A stretch of 59,396 nt of DNA, filler included, from Fonticula-like sp. SCN 57-25 (taxonomy: Eukaryota), in assembly GCA_001724245.1 (NCBI GenBank). It is 10 parts of 10 records of this genome, joined end to end, with 100 filler letters (N's around TTAATTAATTAA, not from the genome) between each part and the next. Parts side by side here need not be neighbours in the genome. Positions count along the whole stretch, not along the records: positions 43,992 to 49,061 come from MEDX01000635.1; positions 49,162 to 54,229 come from MEDX01000636.1; positions 54,330 to 59,396 come from MEDX01000637.1; 7 more parts are not named here. One strand, given 5' to 3'. Under the pieces are notes generated by a model. The model ran no database searches and was not told the origin of the DNA. It saw nothing but the letters and a program-made list of their open reading frames with translations. Positions within the stretch are counted from its first letter, which is position 1. Every line of letters starts with the position of its first letter. Below are positions 47,572-56,161 of the stretch, in pieces. The translations under genes and the position numbers were made by a program.

Positions 47572-49061
47572 CTACATCGCCTTACTCCTCGTGCGCGCAT
47601 TGAGCACCATTGGCTCCACCTTTGTCGCCGCCGCATTCGCCGGCGCATCAAACGACACATCGCTCATATTCAGCAGCTCCTCCACCACCTGGTAGTTGAT
47701 CTTTTTCGAGATCTTTCTCTGACTCAGCGCCTGGATCGCCGCCTCTGCCGGCGTCTCGGCCGGCTCCTGCGTCTTCCCCCTTCCGTCCCTCGCCGCCTGC
47801 CGCCGCTTCTTTTTCTTTGGCTCCTTGATCGCGCCCTCGTCCATAAGCCGCTTCTTCTCCTCCTGCTTCAAAAGGTAGTCCTTGTTCATCTCGTGCCACA
47901 GCTCAGACTTTACCTGCACCTCGCTCGTGTTGAGCAGCACGCCGTCAATCTCGTCGTCGTCAATGTCTGAAAGTGTGTCGGTCTCGGCGGCGGCGTCGGC
48001 GGCGTCGGACGGCGGCAGAACGCCGCTGCTCAGGCTCACCTTGATTTGCGACGCGGGGCGCGGCGGAGCGGCGGCCGGCGCAAGAGACGCGTCGGTGACG
48101 TCAGTCGTGACGTCATCGGATGATCCGTCGACGCCCTCGAGCAGCAGCTCCTTGTCGAGCGCGCGGCCGGTCGACTCGAGCTCGGCGAGGTCGGCGGAAG
48201 ACGAAGAAGGGACGGCGGAGGCGGCGGCGGCGGCGGCGGCGGCCGTGGCGGAGGCGACGGTGGCGGTCGCCGCGGCAGAGGAGGAGGCGAGCTGGTGCTT
48301 GAGGCGGCGGCGCGCCTGGGTAAAGGACGGCGGGTCGGCTTCGTCTTCGAGGTCGATCGCGTCAAACTCTTGGGGGGTGAGCTTGCCAGAGGGAGTGTCT
48401 TCAAATTCGAGAAGGCTAAAGGGAAAGTGTCAGAAAAGTTGAACAAGAAGAGGCGCGGAAAGTGGTTTGAAAAGAAGAGAAAAATTTGACACAGATGCTC
48501 ATTTATAAAAAAGAGTCCTAGACGCACCGTTTGCGGAGTGTCACGTCGCAAATCTTGACGACCTGCACGATCTCCTTTTGGGTTCTGCGGAATCCGTGGA
48601 GGCGCGCGGCAATGAGCAGACCGGCGCCGCAAATGCCTGATGGACGGCGGCCGACCTGCATCCAGTCACGCTTCATGCGCGCCACGAGGCGAAGGGCCGA
48701 CAGCGCCACCTACATGTACGTCATCAGCACGGATCACGGCACAAAAAGGATTAGGCATACCGTTTGCGTCATGTCTCCAAATTCAAGCTTGGCGGCAAAA
48801 CGGTGAATGTAGAGCGACGGGTCGACAATAGGCAATTTGATATTGAGAAGGCGGAGGAACTTTAGGTACGTGTCGCCTAATACGAAAACGTTAGTCTGGA
48901 GCACGTCCGAAAAGTCAATGAGCATGTCTAGGATGCGGATCGTCAGCAATGCAACAAGGGATAAAACCGTCAAGGCGTACGCGGCGTGCGCTCCGTGCGG
49001 CACACAATGTACAGGCAGGCGGCGACGACGTTTTGCGTGCGCCGACCCTGGATAAAGTTCT
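47572..49061 (-). CDS. BRF1: TFIIIB subunit BRF1, 5'-truncated
   Basis: [81 protein letters not shown]. Confidence 0.96.
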
Positions 49062-49161
49062 NNNNNNNNNNNNNNNNNNNNNNNNNNNNNNNNNNNNNNN
49101 NNNNNTTAATTAATTAANNNNNNNNNNNNNNNNNNNNNNNNNNNNNNNNNNNNNNNNNNNN
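49062..49161. other. Artificial contig linker
   Basis: 44N + TTAATTAATTAA + 44N. Confidence 0.99.
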
Positions 49162-49391
49162 CGGAGCTTCAACGGGTCGAGGAACCCATCAGGAAGATCC
49201 CCGCCGGACGCGCCGACCTTCACAGTCAGGGTATCAGAGCCGCGCATCTCCCGCACCCTGAGGCGCTGGTAGATCATGCTCTCGGCTTCGAGAAGCACGC
49301 CCTCGGAGTCGACCTTGCCGTAGTTCATCCACGACTTGATGGACCCCGAGACCGTCTTCAGCCCGGTGAGGGTGGTGAAGGTCATGGGCAT
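49162..49391 (-). CDS. Phage virion protein, probable head-tail adaptor, 3'-truncated
   Basis: MTFTTL...SIKSWMNY...EAESMIYQRLRVREM resembles phage adaptor proteins; lies downstream of the capsid genes. Confidence 0.6.
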
Positions 49392-49392
49392 G

Positions 49393-49848
49393 TTACTTGC
49401 CCACCGGCGCCGGCTTGATGTTCACCAGCTCGGCCGGAACGAGGCTGGCCGTGTTCACCAGGTACGAGATGATGTCGTCCTGCTTCGCGAGGCTCACGGC
49501 AAAGCCGGCCTTCACGAACTTGCGGACCGCGCCATGGTTCAGCACCAGGTCGCCCCTGAGCCACTTGGCGAGGATTTCCTTCGGATCGCCGGGCTCCTCG
49601 ACGACAACGTCGGTCTCCGTCTTTACCGTCTTGCTGGTGGACTTGCCGTCCTTGACGTCGACGACGGTCTCCTCGACCACAACCTTCTTGGTCGTGGCGG
49701 GATGGTCCTCGAACACGAGCTTGCCCGCGGAGTTGAAATAGCCGCCGTCCTGATAGAAGACGGCGCCCCGCTCTGGCGGGTGCACCGTCCCATGGGCGGC
49801 GAGCGGGTTGAAGGTGCGCTCCTTCGGGGTGCTCTTCTTCCCGGCCAT
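49393..49848 (-). CDS. Phage hypothetical protein (151 aa)
   Basis: GC3-rich ORF abutting both neighbours. Confidence 0.8.
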   Translation of the reverse strand: MAGKKSTPKERTFNPLAAHGTVHPPERGAVFYQDGGYFNSAGKLVFEDHPATTKKVVVEETVVDVKDGKSTSKTVKTETDVVVEEPGDPKEILAKWLRGDLVLNHGAVRKFVKAGFAVSLAKQDDIISYLVNTASLVPAELVNIKPAPVGK

Positions 49849-49851
49849 GGT

Positions 49852-50025
49852 TCAGCCCTTCAGCGTGTGCGAAAGGTTGTCCATGCTGCCGCCCATCTTG
49901 ATCTTGGCGGGGACCTCGTCCGAGGCCTTGCCGGCCCAGTCCGAGTCATCCTTGCCGATCGGCGTGCGCAGCGTCTGACCGCGGCCGATCGACTTGTCGA
50001 TCTTGCCTTCGTTGGTCTTGGGCAT
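49852..50025 (-). CDS. Phage small hypothetical protein (57 aa, MPKTNEG...)
   Basis: ATG preceded by AGAAGGA; stop lies 3 nt before the next ATG. Confidence 0.75.
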   Translation of the reverse strand: MPKTNEGKIDKSIGRGQTLRTPIGKDDSDWAGKASDEVPAKIKMGGSMDNLSHTLKG

Positions 50026-50075
50026 TTCGATATCCTTCTGTGAGGTGGCGCCGGGGACCATCCCCGGCGACCGGG

Positions 50076-50456
50076 TCAGAACCAGTCGACGGTGATCGAG
50101 TGGTCGGCGATACCGGTGCCGCTGGCACCCAGCGTCACCTTCGCGAAGACGATCTCGATTTGCGTGTCGGCCGGCAGGACTTCGTCGATCAGCGCGCCGC
50201 TCTGCGCAGTGGCCACCAGGGTGTCCGTTGCGGCGAGGGTGCCGAGGGCGAAGTTGGCGTAGGCGCCGTCGTCGCCGGTGGTGCCGATCTTGACCAGACC
50301 GCCGGCGGTGAAGACTTCGGACGCGACACTGGTGATCTCGCGGATCTTGCCGGTGAGGCCCTTCGGTCCCTTGAACGACGTCGCGACATCCGCCGCCACG
50401 CCATGGTCGATGGTGAAACCGTAGGTGGCTCGCACCTTCGGATTTGCGTAACCCAT
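50076..50456 (-). CDS. Phage structural protein, possible capsid decoration protein
   Basis: 126 aa, Gly/Thr/Ala-rich, ends ITVDWF; AAAGGGA upstream; first gene after the capsid/HNH block. Confidence 0.65.
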   Translation of the reverse strand: MGYANPKVRATYGFTIDHGVAADVATSFKGPKGLTGKIREITSVASEVFTAGGLVKIGTTGDDGAYANFALGTLAATDTLVATAQSGALIDEVLPADTQIEIVFAKVTLGASGTGIADHSITVDWF

Positions 50457-50484
50457 GATCCCTTTCTCCAAAGGTTCGGGGTTG

Positions 50485-50516
50485 AAACAAAAACGGCGCC
50501 CACGAGGAGCGCCGTC
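50485..50516 (-). terminator. Rho-independent terminator-like hairpin after the capsid/HNH genes
   Basis: Minus strand GACGGCGC-TCCTCGTGG-GCGCCGTT followed by TTTGTTT. Confidence 0.7.
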
Positions 50517-50540
50517 TGATGGTTCAGTGGTCCGCCATTG

Positions 50541-51152
50541 TCAGGCGGCTCGATACTTTCTGACTGCGGTTCGAGAGACCCGGAACTGCCTCGCAACGTC
50601 GGACACCGTCCGCCCCTGTTGAAGCAGCTTCCCGACTTCCTCGCGCTCGGCAACCGTGAGGTACCGATGCCCGCCAGCCGGGCGGGTGTAGCCAGCAGGC
50701 GATGCCTGCCGTCCGATGTCGATACGGTCTAGCGTCCGCTGGATCGTGGTTCGATCCACCCCGAACACCGCTGCGACCTTGGCCTGCGGCACGCCGGATT
50801 CGAGCAAAGTAAGCATCTGCTCGATCTGGTCGGCTCGTTGCAGACCTTTCGCCCGGTTTCTCACCGCCATGTCGCGCATATTGTCGGCATGAGTGCCCAG
50901 GTAGAGGTGGTCTGGGTTGACGCATGCCGGCGTGTCGCAGCGGTGCAAGACGTTCGCGCCCGGCGGAACCGGTCCTTTGTGAAGTCGATATGAGACACGG
51001 TGAGCGGTGGTGTTGCCCTGCCCTCGACCGGCGTTGATCATGCCGTAGCCGGCGGTCGGAGTTACCGCCGCCTTCCACAGCCAACAGCCGGTAGTGGCGT
51101 CGACCTCATACTTCTCAGAAAACCGTTCAATCAGCGGTCGGTGCGGCGGCAC
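50541..51152 (-). CDS. HNH homing endonuclease with two C-terminal helix-turn-helix domains
   Basis: GCWLW...GYG...AHRVSY..HKGPVP...VLHRCDTPACVNPDHLYLGTHADNMRDM; HTHs SGVPQAKVAAVFGVDRTTIQR and QGRTVSDVARQFRVSRTAVRKY. GTG start. Confidence 0.93.
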   Translation of the reverse strand: MPPHRPLIERFSEKYEVDATTGCWLWKAAVTPTAGYGMINAGRGQGNTTAHRVSYRLHKGPVPPGANVLHRCDTPACVNPDHLYLGTHADNMRDMAVRNRAKGLQRADQIEQMLTLLESGVPQAKVAAVFGVDRTTIQRTLDRIDIGRQASPAGYTRPAGGHRYLTVAEREEVGKLLQQGRTVSDVARQFRVSRTAVRKYRAA

Positions 51153-51222
51153 AGTTCCATCCCCAACAATTGACGCTAACCCCTAAGATACGCGGGGTTT
51201 TTGTCGCTTCTGGGGCGTGTAA

Positions 51223-52218
51223 CTATGCAGCGCTATTCCAAAAGACAATTCTGGAGTTCGCCGCGTCCGGATGGGTGATCCCGAAGCCGGTCAGGGCGTA
51301 CCAGGCGGCGCCCTTGTCACGGCCGTAGTCCTCGGGAAGCTTCGCGCGGACCTCTTCCGGCAGGACCGGTGCTTCGGTGACGGGATCGTCGCCGAAGAAC
51401 ATGGCCCAGTCGGACAGAGCGTTGTTCCACGCATCCGCGGTGTCGGTGTACGGATCGTAGGTCACCGAGTCCTCGGCGCCGCCGGCCGGGATCATGGTCT
51501 GCTCGACGAAGATGAAGTCCTCGTAGCGGCCGATCTCGCCGTGCTTGATGAAACTCAGGCCCTCGGCGGTGTACTGGTGGATCGACTCCAGCGCGTTCTT
51601 GATCGGGCGCCAGGTGTCGACGCGGCCCACGGCCATATAGGCATCGCGCGACATGTCCGGGGGGATGTTCCGGTTCTTCATGTAGTCGCCGATGGCCTTC
51701 ACGTGTGCGGTGGCCATGGCGATGTTGTTGGTGATCGCCGTGGTGCCGTTGGTCGTGAAGGTGACCGAGGTTGCCGAGTTGCCGCCGGTCGGGGCGGCAG
51801 TGAGCGCCGTCGCCTTGAACTGGAGATAGGCTTCAACGTCGAACTGCGCCGCCGCCGAGAAGGCGAGGCCGTTGTTGATGATGCCTTCCCAGTCCTGGAA
51901 GGAAAGAAGCTGGGCCTTGAGCGTGTGCTCGATGGCGTCGCCCATTTCCGTGACGGTCAGGGAGTTCTGCAGCACAGTCATCGCGGACGACTGGATGCGG
52001 TCGGTCTCGTTGAGCCGGCGATTGCGCCGGGTCGGAGCGTTGATGACGTTCCAGTAGAACGTCGCGCCCTTGTTGAGCATGCCCGCCGATTCCAGCTCCT
52101 GCGGGAGCGTGCAGAACTGGCGGAACTTGCCCTTGGGGCGCAGGGACTCGCGGAGAAGCTTCGAAACCTGGTTACTGTGGATGTAACCGTCGTTCGCTTC
52201 CCAGGTAATTTCAGGCAT
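51223..52218 (-). CDS. Phage major capsid protein (N4-gp56-like, HK97 fold by inference)
   Basis: 331 aa; SKLLR...KFRQF, LTVTEMG, GEIGRYEDFIFVEQT, PEEVRAKLPEDYGRDKGAAWYALTGFG, WNSAA; directly follows the scaffold gene. Confidence 0.88.
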   Translation of the reverse strand: MPEITWEANDGYIHSNQVSKLLRESLRPKGKFRQFCTLPQELESAGMLNKGATFYWNVINAPTRRNRRLNETDRIQSSAMTVLQNSLTVTEMGDAIEHTLKAQLLSFQDWEGIINNGLAFSAAAQFDVEAYLQFKATALTAAPTGGNSATSVTFTTNGTTAITNNIAMATAHVKAIGDYMKNRNIPPDMSRDAYMAVGRVDTWRPIKNALESIHQYTAEGLSFIKHGEIGRYEDFIFVEQTMIPAGGAEDSVTYDPYTDTADAWNNALSDWAMFFGDDPVTEAPVLPEEVRAKLPEDYGRDKGAAWYALTGFGITHPDAANSRIVFWNSAA

Positions 52219-52241
52219 TTAGACCTCTGGGGGTTGGGCCA

Positions 52242-53405
52242 TCAGGCCGACCCGCGGCGTCTCCCTGCCCGCAGTTCCTGGCGCGCGGATGCTGCGCGCT
52301 GGGGCTCGGTGCGGGCCTGTGGGGGCCGTTGGGTGGCCTTCGGAATGGCCGTGCGTTCGGGATTGTTCAGGGCCTCTTTCCGCTGGGAGCGGTCGAGGAT
52401 TTGCGGAGCGGGCGCGGGGGTGGGCGCAGGGGCCGGCTGGGTGCTGCCGGCATAGAAGTCCGCAACAGTCTTGGCGGCGGCCTTGGTGACCTCGGAAGGC
52501 CTCGGCAACCGATAGCCCTTGAGCAGCATGTCCTTGTAGAGGGCGCCTGCATCGTCTGGGCTGTAGTGCTTCAGAGTTTCCGGTGTGATCCCGGAGGCCG
52601 AGAACGCCTGCTGAACCTCTGGTGTGAGGGTCTGCAGATGCTCGGCAATCACATGGGCCTGAAGGCTGCCGGTGAGACCACGAACGGTGCTCTGGCCTAC
52701 CGGGCTGGCCATCAGGTCAGGATATTCGGTCGCGGCCTCCTGGAAGCCGGCGCCCATGTCTGCGTCATAGCGCTGCGAGCGCTGATCGTTTGAACGGCCG
52801 TCGATCGCCTGCTCGGCCGCGCTGCGGGCGCGCTCGCTGAGCTCGGTATCGAGAATGGCCTTTGCTTCGGCCGGGTCGCCCCCGGACTGGATGATCTCGA
52901 TCGCCTTGGCGATGTTGTCGACCTTGTCGACGACAGGTTCCTGCCTTGCGGGCTCCGCCGGCTGCGCCCGGGTGGCCTTGGCCTCCTTCAGCAGATCCTT
53001 GGCCTCGGCGAGATACTGGTCGGCCGCGTCGTTCTTCTGCGCCCGGGCGATCACCTCGCTCTCGGGCATTTCGACGACTTCGCCGCGAATCTTGAGCTTG
53101 ATCATCCGCTCGGGTTCGGGAGCGGGCTCTGCTGACGGCGCGGCAACGGCGGGCGCCATCACCTCGGCCACGGCGGCGGACTCTTCCTGCCGGTTCACAT
53201 GGGCGCGGTCGGCCAGAGCTTCCATGCGGGCGGCGCGCGGGTCGGCGGGCGCTTCGTCGTCTTTCTTCGGCTCGGGCGCTGGCGGGGCTTCCTTGTCCTC
53301 GGAAACGAGTTCCGGGGCCCGGTCCTCTTGAATTGCAGGGATCGTGCGCTGTTCTACGGACGCGGGGATTTCTTCCGGGCCCGGGGTGTTGGGTTCGGTG
53401 CTCAT
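52242..53405 (-). CDS. Phage scaffolding protein
   Basis: Starts MSTEPN at 53405 (ATGA overlap). Acidic Pro/Ala-rich N-terminus, IKLKIRGEVVEMPESEVIARAQKNDAAD motif, basic C-terminus, immediately upstream of the capsid gene. Confidence 0.75.
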   Translation of the reverse strand: MSTEPNTPGPEEIPASVEQRTIPAIQEDRAPELVSEDKEAPPAPEPKKDDEAPADPRAARMEALADRAHVNRQEESAAVAEVMAPAVAAPSAEPAPEPERMIKLKIRGEVVEMPESEVIARAQKNDAADQYLAEAKDLLKEAKATRAQPAEPARQEPVVDKVDNIAKAIEIIQSGGDPAEAKAILDTELSERARSAAEQAIDGRSNDQRSQRYDADMGAGFQEAATEYPDLMASPVGQSTVRGLTGSLQAHVIAEHLQTLTPEVQQAFSASGITPETLKHYSPDDAGALYKDMLLKGYRLPRPSEVTKAAAKTVADFYAGSTQPAPAPTPAPAPQILDRSQRKEALNNPERTAIPKATQRPPQARTEPQRAASARQELRAGRRRGSA

Positions 53406-53770
53406 TGAGGTTCCTCTAGGGTGTCGAGAAAGTCGCGCTCCCCCTCTTGGAGAGCCGCATTCGCGTCGACGGCCGCCGCGCCTTCGCGGTAGCCGTGGAT
53501 CATCTGGATGGTCGTGACGTACCGCTTGATCTCGTTCTGCAGCTGGGTGACCGCCGCGGTGTTGGCAGGGTCGACGTGCACGAGGTCGGCTAGAGCTTCG
53601 GTGGCGCTCTCGCGGAAACTCAGGATCATCTTGGAGAAAGGGCCGGCCTTTTTCAGGTCGGCCCGGATGGCATTCCACGTGGCGGAAACGTCCTGCGCTT
53701 CCTGCTCGGCGATCTTCTGGAGCGCCTTGTTGGCGGCGTCCTCGTCGAAACCTTCGTCCTCGAGACTCAT
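53402..53770 (-). CDS. Phage hypothetical protein between portal and scaffold (122 aa)
   Basis: ATGA overlaps on both sides; helical, EALADLVHVDPAN...IKRY. Confidence 0.8.
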   Translation of the reverse strand: MSLEDEGFDEDAANKALQKIAEQEAQDVSATWNAIRADLKKAGPFSKMILSFRESATEALADLVHVDPANTAAVTQLQNEIKRYVTTIQMIHGYREGAAAVDANAALQEGERDFLDTLEEPQ

Positions 53771-54229
53771 GGCTGGAACACCGCCATGGTCTGGAGGCTC
53801 TGGAGACCCGCCATCAGCAATTCATGCTGCTGCGCGTCGTCCTGCAGCTTGAGGTCGGCGTCGGCCTGGAGCGCGATCCGCTCGGTCTCGCCCTGCTGCT
53901 GCATCTTGGTCTTGGCGAGGTCGGTCTGGGCCTTCATCTCCTGGCCCGACTTCAGCTTCTCGATCTCCTGCTGCGCGGCCTGAAGGGCCTGCATCAGCTC
54001 CTGCACCTTCTCCGGTGGGATCGGCGGTTGTTCGCCCTCGTCCTGGAGTTCGATGAAGCGGGAGGCCCCGTTTTTGTAGCCGGCCTGGGAGAAGATCTCG
54101 TTGAAGACCTCCTCGAACTTCACCTTTGCCTTGCCCTGCTGCATCGCGAGGGCGAGCATGGGCTGGGCGATATCGAAGGTGGACTTGAACTTGATGAGCT
54201 TCTGCATTGGGTCGGAGCCGCCGATCCCG
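53767..54229 (-). CDS. Phage portal protein C-terminal region, 5'-truncated
   Basis: GIGGSDPMQKL...EEVFNEIFSQAGYKNGASRF, then a Gln-rich coiled coil typical of P22-like portal C-termini; synteny agrees. Confidence 0.7.
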
Positions 54230-54329
54230 NNNNNNNNNNNNNNNNNNNNNNNNNNNNNNNNNNNNNNNNNNNNTTAATTAATTAANNNNNNNNNNNNNNN
54301 NNNNNNNNNNNNNNNNNNNNNNNNNNNNN
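54230..54329. other. Artificial contig linker
   Basis: 44N + TTAATTAATTAA + 44N. Confidence 0.99.
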
Positions 54330-55395
54330 AGGTCCTGTGCGGCAATCAACTGCGCAGTGTCATCTGAAAGTATGCCCATTCAGAAAAAAACTCGTCAAAA
54401 AATCGCCCGTACCGCCGACCGAACGAAGCCCGTTGAGGATATTCTTGAGGCGACTGTTTGTAGAGGCAGACATGGCTTCTGCGCGGCCTCCGAGCCGCCT
54501 CAGCAACCCCTGCAATCAGCGTTAGCCCACATATACGGTGACAAATCTCGATCAACAAACCTGAAGAGCCGACAGTTCCTCGCGCCCGCGGCTTGTTTCG
54601 GATTCGGACGACCCCGATCCACGTGCCTGTAGGAATTGGGCGAGCTCTTCTGCTACGTGAGACTCGTGCTCGTCGGCATCACTGTCCTCCTCGGGGGAAT
54701 CACTGAAGCAAAAATAGTGTTAATACAAAGTGATTTCAAAGCGCAACGTACGCTGGCCGGTTTCGGTCTTGCTCCGTACTGTCGGACATTGCGGAGAGTC
54801 CAACAGCAGATGTGTGTGTAAAAGACGAGCGGCCTCTCTTCGGAAAAGAAGTGTCGGCGGCTGATTCGGATGCAGCGACCGGAGAGGCTGCAGAGGAGAA
54901 AGCAGCTAGAGTCTGGGCTCGGTTGCTTCGGCGACGAGAACGAGAGGAGTCAGCCGGTGGAGATGAAGCACGCTTGCGCGACCTGCTTGCAGTCGGTGAT
55001 GGAGAAGCTGATGAGGAAGCTGAAGCAACAACAGCCCCTTCAGTCGCACTTGAGGAAGTATGCGACGATCTGCGAGGCCGCTTGGGGGACGGCTCAGGCG
55101 CTAGATGCGAACTGGAGCATAATCAGAACAAGCTTAAATAGCACGTCAAGCCATACCGAAGCGAGTAGCGAGACTCGGTTGGTGAGGAAGGAGAGACGCT
55201 CTGTGGGGAGGAGGTGGAAAGCGCCTCGTTTAAAACAGCAGAGTCTCGGGAAGAGCGAGTACGGGTGTTCAACGAGGGCGGTGACGAAACGGAAGCTGCC
55301 TTTGCAGCAGAAGAGCCGGTTGTGGTGGGTGATTCACTCGGTGAAAACTGGCGGGAAATTCGTTTCGATTGGCGCGCAGGACTCGGGTGGCTCAT
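54330..55395 (-). CDS. TRIP12/UFD4/UPL3-type HECT E3 ligase N-terminus, 3'-truncated (not visible as a single ORF)
   Basis: Splicing four short GT-AG introns gives a Ser/Arg-rich leader, then LSALQGLLRRLGG...SRLKNILNGLRSVGDDTAQLIAAQD, matching the start of the TRIP12/UFD4 ARM region. Confidence 0.8.
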
Positions 55396-56161
55396 GCCGA
55401 GTGCACGTCCATCACAGATCCTGTATGGACGGCGAATGCAGATGTAGACCAGAAGCAATAACGATTTACAAATTAACTAGGCGCAAGGACGCAAAATCCT
55501 GCGGATAACAGTACGCAAAGTACGACTAGCAAGAGGAGGTGCGGAAAGCTAGTTGCAAAAAGGCACTCCCTGCAAAGAAATAAACGCGTCAGCACTTGAA
55601 TTAGGCGGGTCGCAGCTGGAAAACAAGCGCAAAGAAGGAAACACAAATAAACAACAAGCAAGCGCAGGCTTCACGCAATTGGAGTATTAACAAGCTCTGC
55701 TGATAACGTCGAGTCTTCCGCAACGCATACCCTGAATCAGATACGGTGATGGCGTGTCGTAGACACTTTGATGTTGGCTGCTGGTGCTGACAACAAATCA
55801 GGAGCAGATCAGTGATTGGATCAGGATTGGATTATTCTTATTGGCATTCAGTTGGCATCAAGTAACTGTGAGCTGCTTGCGGACAGCTTGCGGATTTCTT
55901 TCTTAACGTGACCGACGGCAATAAGACAACAAAATGCTTATCATTAGGATGTAGGTCCTTGGCTTCCCTGCCTTGCTGAAAACTATTGCCCGCACTTTTG
56001 AGTTTCTTATTAGCATTCAGCCACTTGCCCGCAAACTCAACAGCCAGCGGTCTGAAGGATTCTAAATATTATTAATATATTATGGTACATCTCTGTAAGC
56101 CAACAAGTTATTGAAATACTCCGTTCGAATTATGTAAACTTTATTCGTTGCCTAATCCCAT

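Larger units (their letters stand above)
49162..54229 (-). mobile_element. Tailed bacteriophage head-morphogenesis module (whole contig)
   Basis: Intronless, co-oriented, abutting or ATGA-overlapping genes with Shine-Dalgarno-like motifs, in the order portal - small ORF - scaffold - capsid - HNH - small structural genes. Confidence 0.93.

Noticed and set aside
1..49061. Alternative genetic code or stop-codon readthrough to explain broken ORFs
   Set aside because: The breaks I traced are resolved by GT-AG introns, and TAA, TAG and TGA all end conserved proteins at expected positions.
50049..50069. Perfect 9-bp hairpin CGCCGGGGA-CCA-TCCCCGGCG between phage genes as a terminator
   Set aside because: It has no U-tract on the coding strand. 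It may stabilise mRNA, but no function can be supported.
50520..51225. Group I intron interrupting the capsid gene
   Set aside because: The capsid ORF is complete before the HNH gene, and the non-coding flanks (about 70 and 85 nt) are too short for a ribozyme core.
5383..54329. Nine regularly spaced TTAATTAATTAA palindromes as a biological repeat
   Set aside because: Each is centred in exactly 44+44 N, and genes are cut at the edges. Most contig lengths descend (5100, 5082, 5078, 5073, 5070, 5068, 5067), as in a length-sorted concatenation.
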